IMG/VR virus record: IMGVR_UViG_3300037070_004226
Span: 1-60,440 of that record
Length of the DNA stretch: 60,440 nucleotides
Reading direction: 5' to 3' (one strand)
From: a virus
Lineage: Duplodnaviria; Caudoviricetes
Positions 38,337 to 48,401 of the stretch are shown in pieces. The notes under the pieces were generated by a model, which saw nothing but the letters and a program-made list of their open reading frames with translations, was not told where the DNA came from and did no database searches. The position numbers and the translations under genes are program-made. Position 1 is the first letter of the stretch. Each line of letters starts with the position of its first letter.

Positions 38337-39455
38337 CTACGTGGTTTCCGTGACCGTTTCAGTGCAGTAGCCGCGGAAGTTCCCCCGGCGGTTGAAGCAC
38401 ACGAGTTGAAGCGAGTCGTCCATGCAGCGCACGCGGACGTTCGACATCTCGGGGTGCTGGAACGCCTTGCGCTTCCTCATGTGGCGGCCGGGCTGGTAGA
38501 AGCACCGGAACGTGTCCCAGTTCACTCCCAGGATGATTCCGTCCGTGCGGGCGTTGATTGATGCGGCGCTCGTCCAGGCCGGAATCCAGACCATCGGCAC
38601 GCCCCGGATATAGACCGCCCCGGAATGAGCCGCCAGGTCGTCGCCGATGTTGTCGTTGCCCAACTGAAGCAACTGACGCGCTTGGGCGATTCGGCTGTGC
38701 GTGGTCAACAGCTCCCACTTCGGCCGCTTCTGAGCAACAACGTCGGGCCGCTCGACCGGCGGCTGGAAGTAGCACATGTCCATCGAGTTGATGGTCTTCT
38801 CGACGAAATCCGCCCGGTCAACCGTGGTGTAGGGGAACGTGCGGTTCCGCCACTGGTCGTAGGTGGTCGTGCTGATTCCACCGACTCCCACCGATCCAAA
38901 GCCGACCGGAGCGTAGCCGTCGAAGCCCTCTTCCGAGTTGTTCTCGGTCGTGCTGTCGTCCGTGGCAGTGATCCAGTGCAGCAGGGAAAGAGGCGGGTAA
39001 GGGGACTGAGCCGGATCGGTCGGGCCAGCACCAAACATCAGGTCTTCCATGTTGGTGTAGAACGACGTCATCAGGTCGCGTTCCAGCGATTCCAGATAGT
39101 CGTAAATCTGCTTCCCGCCGGTCTGGAAGATTTCCTCGTCGATGTCGTAGTGGTAGTTCGTCGTGGTCATCGACCACTTCGACGAACCTTCACTGAGGAC
39201 GTTCACTCGGTCAGACGAATCGCGGTGATAGAGGCCGACGACTTGGAAGTTGTCGTTCGTCGCCACCTTGATTTTCCACTTGCACTGTGAAGTGGCCATC
39301 GTGTCTTTCTTCAGGTTCCCCGAGAAGAGACGGGAGGCGAACTTGTACTCCTGAAGCGGCAGGGAGAGGTCCTGCGCCGCGAGACGGTCTTCACCAGCGA
39401 ATTTCTGGTGGATACCTGCTACGAAATCGTCGATTTGTTCAATGCCAAGAGCCAT
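38337..39455 (-). CDS. Major capsid protein
   Basis: 372 aa after portal and scaffold; composition and position fit an HK97-fold capsid protein (WRNR, CFNRRGN). Confidence 0.8.
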   Translation of the reverse strand: MALGIEQIDDFVAGIHQKFAGEDRLAAQDLSLPLQEYKFASRLFSGNLKKDTMATSQCKWKIKVATNDNFQVVGLYHRDSSDRVNVLSEGSSKWSMTTTNYHYDIDEEIFQTGGKQIYDYLESLERDLMTSFYTNMEDLMFGAGPTDPAQSPYPPLSLLHWITATDDSTTENNSEEGFDGYAPVGFGSVGVGGISTTTYDQWRNRTFPYTTVDRADFVEKTINSMDMCYFQPPVERPDVVAQKRPKWELLTTHSRIAQARQLLQLGNDNIGDDLAAHSGAVYIRGVPMVWIPAWTSAASINARTDGIILGVNWDTFRCFYQPGRHMRKRKAFQHPEMSNVRVRCMDDSLQLVCFNRRGNFRGYCTETVTETT

Positions 39456-39470
39456 GAGCCGGAGTCCTTA

Positions 39471-40469
39471 TTAAGACCCGGCAAGTTCCTTGTAGCGCCG
39501 ATCGGCTTCTTCCCTCGGATCTTCCCGAGGATCTTGAGGACGGGTTGCCCCACCCCCTTGTCTGCCGTTGCTCTGCCTGGAAATCTTGCGGGTTCTGGTT
39601 TTGAGGTCTTTCTTGCCGAGGTCTTCTGCGAAGACCATGCGGGCCACGCGGCCCACGAGCGATTCGTTGAGTTCTGTTGGACGACCGAGTTTCTCCATTC
39701 CGATCATGTGAGCCCTCACGGCGACATGCAAATCATGCCGGCGCTGAAGCTGCTTAGAGTCTTCCTTGTCGGTCTTGCCGAACAGGTCGGCATGATCGAG
39801 GGAATCCACCAGTGAATCGAAACGGTTCTCTTCGGACTTGGCATCGTTCTCCAAGAGACGCGATTCCAGGGCTTCCAGACGGGATTCGTAATGGTCACGC
39901 ATCCGCGTGAATTCATTGACGATCTCCTCGTCGTAGACGGCCTTGTCCAACTTGGGCTCATACTTGCCTTCGGCTTCGGGTTTCCCTTCGGCTTTCGGCT
40001 CGGGCTCTGCCTTCTTAACGAACTCGCCCTTGGCATTGCGGCCAGTGGCTTTTTCGCTCTCTTCTGCCATCGCCTTGCGGCCGGCAGCCAGAGCGCTCTT
40101 GTCGAAGAGACGCATCGCCCTTTCAAGCTCCTCGCGGCTGGCGAAATCGGCTAGTTCCGATTCCTCGATACCATACGCGGCAACCTCGGCTTTCAAGTCG
40201 TCATCCATCCAGGAATCAGACTCCTCATCACCGGACTCCGCTTTGGCTTCCGCCTTGGCGGGCTTACTGCCGGATTTTCCCTCGGCAGGAATTTCTTTGG
40301 CCTTTTCAGGCTTGTGTTCGTTGTTGGCGTGCTCGGAAGCGATTCGAGCATCGCCCTTGGGCTCGGGCAATGTCCCGGCCCGGTCCTCAGCGACTTCCTC
40401 GACGACCTGCTCGACGTAGGCGTTGACTTCTTCCCTCGTCGATGTTTCGGTCAGTTCTGCGAGCGCCAT
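39471..40469 (-). CDS. Capsid scaffolding protein
   Basis: Acidic, charged and helical; lies between portal and capsid genes. Confidence 0.7.
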   Translation of the reverse strand: MALAELTETSTREEVNAYVEQVVEEVAEDRAGTLPEPKGDARIASEHANNEHKPEKAKEIPAEGKSGSKPAKAEAKAESGDEESDSWMDDDLKAEVAAYGIEESELADFASREELERAMRLFDKSALAAGRKAMAEESEKATGRNAKGEFVKKAEPEPKAEGKPEAEGKYEPKLDKAVYDEEIVNEFTRMRDHYESRLEALESRLLENDAKSEENRFDSLVDSLDHADLFGKTDKEDSKQLQRRHDLHVAVRAHMIGMEKLGRPTELNESLVGRVARMVFAEDLGKKDLKTRTRKISRQSNGRQGGGATRPQDPREDPREEADRRYKELAGS

Positions 40470-40470
40470 G

Positions 40471-40776
40471 TTAATCCCCGTATGATCCGTCGGAATCGAC
40501 CAATCCCCTCACGCGAAGCAATTCTTTCCTTCCACGGCGGCTGGTGATCTCCAGTTGGCCGTCGTTTTTCACTTGAACACCTTGGATGTTATGCTTCCTG
40601 ATGACAGAACGCAACTCAGGAACTTGGGATTTCATACATCCCAGCCCGTCGGACTTCAGCGGGTCGTGCTGGGAATAGGTGTTGGAAGCGAGCGCTGGAG
40701 CCTTCAGGAAGTCGTCATTCGCCCCCTTCAGGAACTCTTCCCGGGTGACTGGTTTGCCGTTCAGGGTGTAGGTCAT
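40471..40776 (-). CDS. Hypothetical protein
   Basis: 101-aa ORF coupled between neighbours in the head module. Confidence 0.65.
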   Translation of the reverse strand: MTYTLNGKPVTREEFLKGANDDFLKAPALASNTYSQHDPLKSDGLGCMKSQVPELRSVIRKHNIQGVQVKNDGQLEITSRRGRKELLRVRGLVDSDGSYGD

Positions 40777-40779
40777 GGA

Positions 40780-41028
40780 TTAAACCGGGTCGTAGGTCGC
40801 TTCAAAAATGTCGGGCTTGCAGGGGTAAAAGTGAATTCCATCCTTCTCAGGAATAACCCAGTCGCCAAACGCGAGGTCAACTCGCTGCTCGTTGTGAATC
40901 GTGTGAAGATGCGGCACTTTGGAGGTATCACCGCACTTCCAGCCAAAGCAAACACCTTTTGGTATCGGCTGGCCCTCTAAGAACTGGTTGGCCTCAATCA
41001 CGACTGGCTTTTTGCGGAACTGTGGCAT
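40780..41028 (-). CDS. Conserved small phage protein (FRKKPVVIEA...YPCKPDIFEATY family)
   Basis: Characteristic terminal motifs of a widespread phage family. Confidence 0.8.
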   Translation of the reverse strand: MPQFRKKPVVIEANQFLEGQPIPKGVCFGWKCGDTSKVPHLHTIHNEQRVDLAFGDWVIPEKDGIHFYPCKPDIFEATYDPV

Positions 41029-42797
41029 TATGCCGGCTTCCTATTGAGTTGCCCGCCCGAACCGCCCCCCATGAGCGTCTTGACCATCTCGGCGGAACGA
41101 TTCGCCTGAGTTCCTCCGGTCGAGACGTTCTTGCGCACGGTTTCCCTGGAAGTCACCGGGGATTTCGTGGCCCCATTCTGCTCCCCGCCGGGCATCATCG
41201 CGGGCGCGGCGAAGGTGATGATCCGTTTCAGTTCCGGCTTGTTCATCAGCCGCGCGATGTCGTCGAGAAGCGCTTGAGCGTCGATCGTGGCTCCCGACGC
41301 CTGAAACATCGGCCAGAGTGGGGCGATTTCGTGGAGTACCTGGAATATCTCCTGAAGGTGCTGTTGGGGGGTCTTAAAGACCATCGAGTAGGGTTCCACC
41401 CGGAAATCGTAGTCCTCGAATTCGCCCAAGCGCGTGTCTGGCGACCAGCTTGAGTCAACCTGGATGCCAGAGTTCCCAACGGGAATTGACGACTGAATTT
41501 CAAGCGTCTGGTCCTCCCACATCAGTCTTCCGAGATCCAAGATGCAATCCGCGGCGAAGTTCACGGTCGCCATCCGCATGTCAGCGACGTTCTTGGAAAG
41601 CTGGCCGTGAATCAGTTCCTCCTGCCCGAGAGTCGCAGCCTGGGGACCGAGGCCGCCCATCGCTTGAAGGTTCCCGGCGAAGCGGTCGTACTCTTCCTGG
41701 ATGAACGCGGCCGCCGCCATGTCTCTTTGGTCGATTCCCCCGACCTCCACCTGCTGAATGTTCTTCGGGTCGTTCGAGCGAACCCAGGAATTACGTTTGG
41801 CGAGGCGAATCTTCTCGGCATCGTCTGCGCCGGAAGGCGAATACACGTTGATGACGCGGTGAGCATCGGAATCCTTCTCCATCCTGACGTGCAGACGATT
41901 CTGCTGAAGATGCATCCCGAACAGATTGATCGCCGGCGCAGCGGGAATGAGCCGATCAGGAACATCTCCCAGCGAGAGGAACTTGTACGGTCCCGCCTGG
42001 GAACCGGTCCATTCCCGTTCGATCAGCGGGGGCAAGTCATCTGCGACGGGCATCGTGATGATCGTCTTGTTCTCGGCGATCCACACGTCCTGAAGCCAGA
42101 TCATGTCCTTCAGGTCATCGTCTTCGGCATCATCGACTCCAATGTCCCGGGCCGAATCAGTGCCCCCGAGGGAATCCCGTTTCGTCGGCTTGAGCTTCTC
42201 CTTGACCTTCTTGTCATAGCCCGGTTCGTCCATGACCTTCTCGTAATCGGCCCGGTAACGATGCCCGCAGAAGCGCATCTTGGTTCGCTCTCTGCTCGGC
42301 ATATCCAGAATCAGGTCGTCCAGGGAAACCCGGTTCAGCCACGGTTCCCCCGGGTCCAGCCACACATCCTCTTCGGACTCCAGGATTCCGTGGAAGCGGG
42401 TGTCGGTGTCCCGCATCATCACGCAGCCGACTCCGATGCAGAAGAACGCATCGAGAACGATATCCCGGAACGTCTGATCCAGGCACATGTCTGAAATCAG
42501 CTTGTTCAGGTTCACCTCGAAGCGCCGGGCGAAGGGGAGCTTCTCGACCGAGGACGTGTTCACCAGAACCTGCGGGTTGTTCGCGGCCAGGGCGGTCACG
42601 TAAATCCGAGCCGTCTGGTTGATCAGGTTCACCAGAATCTTCTCGGAACCCTGCGGAGCCGTCTGGTCATACCATGAACCCGCGTAGTGCTTGATCATCA
42701 GGTTCCGGACGCGACGATGCTTCTCGATGGCCTCGTTCGACGACTTGATCGCCTTGATGAGGCGTCCGCGTCTCTCGTCGTTGTGGAGGTCGATCAT
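41028..42797 (-). CDS. Portal protein
   Basis: 589 aa directly after the terminase; ATLGQEE and DFRVEPYS motifs of P22-like portals. Confidence 0.8.
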   Translation of the reverse strand: MIDLHNDERRGRLIKAIKSSNEAIEKHRRVRNLMIKHYAGSWYDQTAPQGSEKILVNLINQTARIYVTALAANNPQVLVNTSSVEKLPFARRFEVNLNKLISDMCLDQTFRDIVLDAFFCIGVGCVMMRDTDTRFHGILESEEDVWLDPGEPWLNRVSLDDLILDMPSRERTKMRFCGHRYRADYEKVMDEPGYDKKVKEKLKPTKRDSLGGTDSARDIGVDDAEDDDLKDMIWLQDVWIAENKTIITMPVADDLPPLIEREWTGSQAGPYKFLSLGDVPDRLIPAAPAINLFGMHLQQNRLHVRMEKDSDAHRVINVYSPSGADDAEKIRLAKRNSWVRSNDPKNIQQVEVGGIDQRDMAAAAFIQEEYDRFAGNLQAMGGLGPQAATLGQEELIHGQLSKNVADMRMATVNFAADCILDLGRLMWEDQTLEIQSSIPVGNSGIQVDSSWSPDTRLGEFEDYDFRVEPYSMVFKTPQQHLQEIFQVLHEIAPLWPMFQASGATIDAQALLDDIARLMNKPELKRIITFAAPAMMPGGEQNGATKSPVTSRETVRKNVSTGGTQANRSAEMVKTLMGGGSGGQLNRKPA

Positions 42798-42861
42798 CCG
42801 AAATGGTTTTAAGATTTAAGGCCGTTTTCTTTAACGTGCCTCGTCTGTTTGAAAGTCGTGT

Positions 42862-44781
42862 TTAGAAGCTCATCACGTCACGAATTCCGAACTCAGGACT
42901 CCCTTCCTCCACCTTATTCCGCTCCCTCATCTCCCGCCACAGAAAACTTCCGTACTCGGGAGTTTCGCTTGTTTCCTCGGGAAAGTCAACTCTGCCATCC
43001 GCTTCCGAGGAATAAACCAGCCAGGCCACACCTGCAGCTATGCACCGATCGCCATGGTTCACTTCCTTCGCCGCGTGGTTCTTCGTGGGCGCGTGAATGA
43101 TCTTCCCGTCCTCCCATTCGTACTCGCCGCACTCCTTAATCAGTTCATCGCTCCGCAGAATCAGCTTCCCGGTCTCCATCCCCAGCGCCATCTGCTCGAA
43201 GAGGTTCGCCTTGTCCTCGTTCGTCCGGTTCCCCCAGCCGGCCTTCCGAGACTTCCGCTTCATGCCGATCTCAGGCACGTCCCGGTAGAACACGTTCCCA
43301 TAGTAGATGACCTCCATGATCTCCTTCGCAAAGGGCCCAGACATCCCCGAATCCTCCCACCCCAGCCGCGCCTTCCGCAGCCACAGACACAGCCCCACCA
43401 CGACCCGGGCAAACTTAATCAGCGGCATCCCCTTCACCGTGTACTCCCCGACCTGTTCCCCCGTTCGATCGTCCAGAATCGAGGCCACCGAGTTTGAGGA
43501 GTAAGCCCCGTCACTTCCCGAAGCCATGTCACAACCTACCGTGAACGGCCCGAGTGGAGGAGAGTCATCAGCACCAGGCCGGAACCAGAGCTTCAGGGCT
43601 CCGTCACTCCGGGGAAGAAGTCCAGTCAATTCCAAATCTTCTGAGTCGAATATGGGCGTCCCCTGCCAGATCGGAGCTCGGCAGCTCTTCTTCGCCTTAT
43701 CCAGAAGTTCCGTGGTGAACACCTTCCCGACGGCCCCGCGGGGGTCCCGGTCGAGCTGCGAAGCGATTAGTCTCGGGGTCGACGTCGGACGGAGACACCG
43801 CATGTCGTACCAGGGGGACCGGACCCGGCCTTCGAACTTGAACCCCTTCCTCTCAAGTCGACTGCGCAGGTCCGGATTCTCCCGGTGATAGGCGTCGACG
43901 GCCGGCTGGTCGACCTGCTTCCGGGCGACCGGCTTCTCATTGATAATCTGGTAGGAATTCTTCCCGTGAATCGGGTTGTCCTTCCAGTCCAAAACCAGAT
44001 GAACGCTGTTCTTCGCCGTATCAGGGTTCTCGCAGGCGTCGTGGAACACCCCCGCATCGGCATAGCGGGCCGAGACCATTCGAATGCAGTTCGACACGTC
44101 ATGCAGGGATTCCTGGACCGCGTAGTCCTTCCCGCCGGCGATGAAGTCCCGAGCTCCGGCCTCGTCAATCGTGAAAACCGTCGCCCGTCCACCTGCCGCC
44201 ACGTCCTGACCGGCCGCGTAACCAGAGAGCAGCGCGCCGTTGGCCGGGTTCAGGAACGTATGCTGACCAAGATTCCGGTGCTTCTGAGGATCCCATCCGT
44301 CGGGGACCAGCCAGAAGGGGAGCTTTTCAATCGCCCAGGCCACCTTCCAGAGAACCGTGCTCGAGTCCGTCTTGGAATCCACCAGTGATTCGTTCCGCGT
44401 CACGAAACCCGCCGAGAACATCGGGTCCCTGAGCCATCTCCTCAAATCCACCCACAAATACCCGTAAGTTCCACCCTGTGCCCGGCTCTTATCCACGATG
44501 ACGTCGATGGTCTTCTCTTCCCCAGAATCGTCAATCGCCTTGTCAATCGCCAGGAATACCGGTTCCTGATGGGGCCAGGGAATGAACGGCCTCACCTTCA
44601 CCTTCGCCCGCGGTTCGTAGGACCAACAGGCAAATCCCATGAAGAAGAGCAGGTCCGTCATGCAGGCGTCGATGAGCGCCTTCCGAAATCTCAAATCCGT
44701 AATCGCCCGCTGACGGCAGGCATACCGCCATTCGAGATTCTCCGCTGGGTCTTTTGGGTAGAGGTCGTAGAAGGGGGTCAT
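42862..44781 (-). CDS. Terminase large subunit
   Basis: PFIPWPHQ, KSRAQGGT (Walker A), TIDEAG (Walker B), GCDMASG and HGDRCIA (RNase H-like nuclease). Confidence 0.9.
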   Translation of the reverse strand: MTPFYDLYPKDPAENLEWRYACRQRAITDLRFRKALIDACMTDLLFFMGFACWSYEPRAKVKVRPFIPWPHQEPVFLAIDKAIDDSGEEKTIDVIVDKSRAQGGTYGYLWVDLRRWLRDPMFSAGFVTRNESLVDSKTDSSTVLWKVAWAIEKLPFWLVPDGWDPQKHRNLGQHTFLNPANGALLSGYAAGQDVAAGGRATVFTIDEAGARDFIAGGKDYAVQESLHDVSNCIRMVSARYADAGVFHDACENPDTAKNSVHLVLDWKDNPIHGKNSYQIINEKPVARKQVDQPAVDAYHRENPDLRSRLERKGFKFEGRVRSPWYDMRCLRPTSTPRLIASQLDRDPRGAVGKVFTTELLDKAKKSCRAPIWQGTPIFDSEDLELTGLLPRSDGALKLWFRPGADDSPPLGPFTVGCDMASGSDGAYSSNSVASILDDRTGEQVGEYTVKGMPLIKFARVVVGLCLWLRKARLGWEDSGMSGPFAKEIMEVIYYGNVFYRDVPEIGMKRKSRKAGWGNRTNEDKANLFEQMALGMETGKLILRSDELIKECGEYEWEDGKIIHAPTKNHAAKEVNHGDRCIAAGVAWLVYSSEADGRVDFPEETSETPEYGSFLWREMRERNKVEEGSPEFGIRDVMSF

Positions 44782-44785
44782 GGGG

Positions 44786-45615
44786 CTACTTTCCGGCACA
44801 GACGTAAGGGCCGCACGAATACTCCCACTCTTCGTCCGCGAACAGGCGAAGGTTTTTGTCGTCCTTGATGGCCTCGCGTAACGGCTTGAGACGAGAGCAG
44901 AAGTAAACCGGGTCTTTCCCGAGGGAAAGACGACGGTCATTCAACAGCTCTTCCAGTTGGCACGATTTCTCAAATAGCTTTGGCCGCGTCCGTCTCTGTT
45001 CAATCCAGAAGCGAATAGTATGCAGCGGGCAGAACCAGCAAGACGATTTTGGAGCGACCGGCAGGCCAGCGGCCTCGATGATGTTCATGCAAGCGCCACG
45101 ACTCAGCCCCAAGCGGATAAGCGGATAAGCGGGTAGTCGAGAATCTGGTGCGGGATGCCGCTATCCGACCTCGCCCGGCTTGCTTCATCCGTGCTGATGC
45201 CGATGCCGACAATCATCGGATGCTCTTCGGTCGCTCCGTTCGCCTTCGACCACTTCGCCAGCACTTTGATTTTGAAGTCGGCGGTGCAGCTCCTTGTACC
45301 AGGTGCTCCAGTCTCGCTCATGCGAACAGGAATTGGCAGCGACCTTGAACCGTGTTTGGTCAATCTGCCCAGGAGCGTCTCTTGCGTGCCATCTCGCTTC
45401 AGACGCGGAATGACGACCAGCGATAACCCATGCTTCTCGGCGTAGGGCTTGGCGACCTGTTCCAAGTAATCCAGAGTCGCCGGGTTCTCTGAGTCCTCCC
45501 CCACGTCCGCCATGACGAAATGCTTGTATTCCGGCAGCCTGCCAGTCGCGGCCAGAACAAGGCAGGCGGTCGATTGAACCCCACCGCCAAAGCTGAAAGC
45601 GTGAGTAATTGTCAT
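44786..45615 (-). pseudogene. PAPS-reductase / adenine nucleotide alpha-hydrolase family gene split by an 8-bp duplication
   Basis: SFGGGVQS, CTADFKI and GISTDE in 45103..45615; KSSCWFCP in 44786..45112; frameshift at the AAGCGGAT tandem repeat 45111..45132. Confidence 0.8.
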
Positions 45616-45983
45616 CCGTCTATGTCCGCTCCTTCCATCACAAACCCATCACACCCCACAGAATACGCCACCCGAAACGCCGCGGCAGACAAAGCCCCCC
45701 TCAGACGTTCGTTCTCACCCTCCAACCACTTCACCCTGTCCCGAAGCTCGCCGATCAGCTTCTCGTGGGCCAACAATGGCCTTTCGTTCTCGTCCGTTTC
45801 AAACTCGTCTTCCGCTCGCCATCGTGGATCGCTCATCACTACCTCACTACGTTCTGCTGGCGTGAAAGTGTACCCATCGCCTGTTCCATCGTCAGCGTCG
45901 TGGAAATGGCAAGACCGTCCTGAACAAACACCGCCCCGCACGGAGACCTCAAATACCTCTCCCCATTCCGCAGCTTCCGCCAA
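45612..45983 (-). CDS. Hypothetical protein (start uncertain)
   Basis: Coiled-coil C-terminus; stop overlaps the next start. Confidence 0.45.
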   Translation of the reverse strand: MAEAAEWGEVFEVSVRGGVCSGRSCHFHDADDGTGDGYTFTPAERSEVVMSDPRWRAEDEFETDENERPLLAHEKLIGELRDRVKWLEGENERLRGALSAAAFRVAYSVGCDGFVMEGADIDG

Positions 45984-46095
45984 AGCACCGAGGATGCCAA
46001 TTCAGCGTCCGCAGAAAACGCCGGGAATCGTTCATCAAATCGACTCCTCGCATGAAGGGTAAGACCAGGCATCCTGACCGGTGTGGTTTTGCCCA

Positions 46096-46836
46096 TCAGA
46101 CTGCCTCTTTTTCCCTTCGTTCGTACTCACGATACCACTCCGCATCCCGCTTCGACATCGGCGTTCGATAAAACGGGTCGGAACTGTGCTTGCTGGCCAC
46201 CGGCTTCACGGCGTCCTCCGCAGACGCTCCTCGCTTCAGGCGACGATAAATTACCGCTGACGAAATTCCAAATTCTGAGACGCACTCGCCCACGCTCATC
46301 ACGATTCCGTCAATCTCAAGCCTGATGTTGTTGCTCCGGTTGTTGGCCTGGACCTCGACTGTCGCCCAACGACAATTTCCAGGCTCATAACTCCCGTCGT
46401 TGTCCTCCCGGTCAATCGAGTGGAGATCGGACGGCCTCCTGCCCATGTCCTCCAAAAATGCCAGGAACGATCTCCACCGCTCGCAAAAGGTAATTCCGCG
46501 GCCTCCGTACCGCTCGTTTTCAAGATCCAGGCATCTCGCCTTCATCGCCAGCCAGACGCGATATTCAGGCGTCCCGCTTTCTCCGTGAGTCACATGCCCG
46601 CCAAACTTGTGGCCTCGCTCGACCGCCATCTCCTTCGCCAAGCATCCACACGATTTCGTCCGACCATTCCTGAGAGCCGGAAGCCGGAAAACCTTAGAGA
46701 ACCCGCAGTCGCACTTGCACTCCACCATCCGAACTATCGTCCCGTTCGGAGTCTTCACCTGATCCAGTTCCCGCTGAACTACCAACCGCCCAAAGCGGTC
46801 GCCAGCAGATACAGGTTTTGCGGTCTTGAGCGGCAT
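46096..46836 (-). CDS. HNH homing-endonuclease-like protein
   Basis: CKCDCG, KSCGC, YGGRGI.FCERW, SIDREDNDGSYEPGNCRWAT. Confidence 0.85.
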   Translation of the reverse strand: MPLKTAKPVSAGDRFGRLVVQRELDQVKTPNGTIVRMVECKCDCGFSKVFRLPALRNGRTKSCGCLAKEMAVERGHKFGGHVTHGESGTPEYRVWLAMKARCLDLENERYGGRGITFCERWRSFLAFLEDMGRRPSDLHSIDREDNDGSYEPGNCRWATVEVQANNRSNNIRLEIDGIVMSVGECVSEFGISSAVIYRRLKRGASAEDAVKPVASKHSSDPFYRTPMSKRDAEWYREYERREKEAV

Positions 46837-46842
46837 CGACGA

Positions 46843-46871
46843 AGCATAGCCGGTTATCCCTGATGGGTCAA
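46843..46871 (-). promoter_or_regulatory. Sigma70-like promoter of the HNH gene (leaderless)
   Basis: TTGACC-N17-TATGCT, 6 nt upstream of the ATG. Confidence 0.6.
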
Positions 46872-46981
46872 GTGCCGTCTTAACAGGGCTTTAGCACATT
46901 TCGGTTACAGGGATAATCCGTTAGGGTCCCCGTCGAGGTGGCACCGACTGGATCGAATCCCGGCGAGGTCGAGCGCGTGCG

Positions 46982-47593
46982 TCAGTCCTTCCCCTTCCCT
47001 GCGTCCTTCATCTCCTCTAACAGCGCCCTTATCTCCCCCAGTTGCATCCTCTCCCTGCGAACGAATTCCGCTTCATCCTGCCCGCTCGAAGCCTGCTTGC
47101 TGGCCACCTCGATGAACTTGGCGTAACTTCGAATCGACGTTTCCAGCCAGCTCAATGCGCTTCGGCTTGGTGCTGGGCCGTAAGCCTTTGTCAGATCAAC
47201 CTTTACGGCGCCGCTTGGCAATTCCTTCACGACAGCGAGCCGGTTCTCTTGAACCCAACTCACTTCCACGCCTAGACTTACGCTCCCTGGAAGCTGCGGC
47301 CAGTCCTTCGGAATAACGTCAAGCCCCTTGATTCCCCGCTCTCTCGGCTGTAACTCGTTGTCCTGTGCTGGCTTAGGCGGAGATTCCAAAAGCGCACTCG
47401 CTTCGCTTTTCCCCCCTTGCGGCGGAGGTGGACCCTTCGCGGGATTGTAGAGTTTTCCGTTCGGTCCGCGGGCCAAAGGGACGCCAAACGCCATCAAGGG
47501 AGGGCTCGGCTTGGCCGCTACAACCGCAGTAGCGGCATCAGGAACGCTCCCCTGCCCTGTTTGTGGTTCTGCTTGTGGTTGTGGCTCGATCAT
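46982..47593 (-). CDS. Hypothetical protein, possible terminase small subunit
   Basis: First gene of the - strand arm, upstream of the large terminase; positional inference only. Confidence 0.45.
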   Translation of the reverse strand: MIEPQPQAEPQTGQGSVPDAATAVVAAKPSPPLMAFGVPLARGPNGKLYNPAKGPPPPQGGKSEASALLESPPKPAQDNELQPRERGIKGLDVIPKDWPQLPGSVSLGVEVSWVQENRLAVVKELPSGAVKVDLTKAYGPAPSRSALSWLETSIRSYAKFIEVASKQASSGQDEAEFVRRERMQLGEIRALLEEMKDAGKGKD

Positions 47594-47692
47594 GGCTGTG
47601 GCGGCTGTGCTGCGTCCTGTGTGGCAGGTGATCTAGGTCGAGTGAGGCCGTCGGAACGATTCTGGTGGCATCCTAGAGCGTCGGTTGAGGGG

Positions 47693-47722
47693 ATTATAGG
47701 GTGAATCGGGGTGGAATCTCAA
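47693..47722 (-). promoter_or_regulatory. Sigma70-like promoter, leftward
   Basis: TTGAGA-N18-TATAAT on the - strand at the divergence point. Confidence 0.55.
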
Positions 47723-47739
47723 TAGTGGGGCGAAATGGC

Positions 47740-47767
47740 TTGCACTCCTGATGGACCGCACTACAAT
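47740..47767 (+). promoter_or_regulatory. Sigma70-like promoter, rightward (leaderless)
   Basis: TTGCAC-N16-TACAAT, 6 nt before ATG 47774. Confidence 0.5.
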
Positions 47768-47773
47768 AGCCTC

Positions 47774-47959
47774 ATGCCATCTAAAGCCGCTGCCGATCTG
47801 GCCCGATTACGCTGGAAGGGGAAATCAGCCGAGGAACGCCGCGCGACCATGGCGCGAGCCCGCGAGGCCCGCGATATGTCGCCGGAAGCACGAGCGGAAA
47901 TGGGCCGCAGACTAACCGCGGCCAGGGCTGCGAAGCGAGCAAAACCGCAGGCCGAGTAA
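47774..47959 (+). CDS. Small basic nucleic-acid-binding-like protein
   Basis: Arg/Ala-rich SAEERR..MSPEAR repeats. Confidence 0.6.
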   Translation: MPSKAAADLARLRWKGKSAEERRATMARAREARDMSPEARAEMGRRLTAARAAKRAKPQAE

Positions 47960-48024
47960 AATTTTCTTCTCCTTATCCTGCTTGGACTTAGGACACAATC
48001 CGTATAAATGTGCGGATTATCTGA

Positions 48025-48054
48025 TTGACTTGCATCCCGCCAGCCGTCTATAGT
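48025..48054 (+). promoter_or_regulatory. Sigma70-like early promoter
   Basis: TTGACT-N18-TATAGT upstream of the early genes. Confidence 0.6.
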
Positions 48055-48116
48055 TGTGCGTGTCGTGAGTTCAGCCGGGTGAGTTGAACCGGGTGGGGAA
48101 TTAGGAGAATGAAACG

Positions 48117-48401
48117 ATGACCAATCTCGAACGTGAATTTGCGACTGCTGGCCTTGAGTATGCCGAAGGACTCCCGCGAGCCTATCTCACGGACTGGTCT
48201 GATTCGGTTCACACCCTCGCCAAGAGCATCCGGGCGAAGGTCCGCGAGTTGAAGCGTGAAGGAACGACCGGCATGAGCCGCGATAACCTCAAGATGATCG
48301 TCAGCACCGCGGGCTTGACCATCGCCCCGAATCCGTCCGCTTTCGCTCGCTGCTTCGAGCAGGCTTTGGAAGTCGCCGAGGTCAACGGGTTCGTGTACTA
48401 A
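48117..48401 (+). CDS. Hypothetical early protein
   Basis: AGGAG RBS; first gene after the promoter. Confidence 0.65.
   Translation: MTNLEREFATAGLEYAEGLPRAYLTDWSDSVHTLAKSIRAKVRELKREGTTGMSRDNLKMIVSTAGLTIAPNPSAFARCFEQALEVAEVNGFVY

Noticed and set aside
46925-46975. tRNA-like GGATCGAATCCC
   Set aside because: No cloverleaf or acceptor stem could be built around it.
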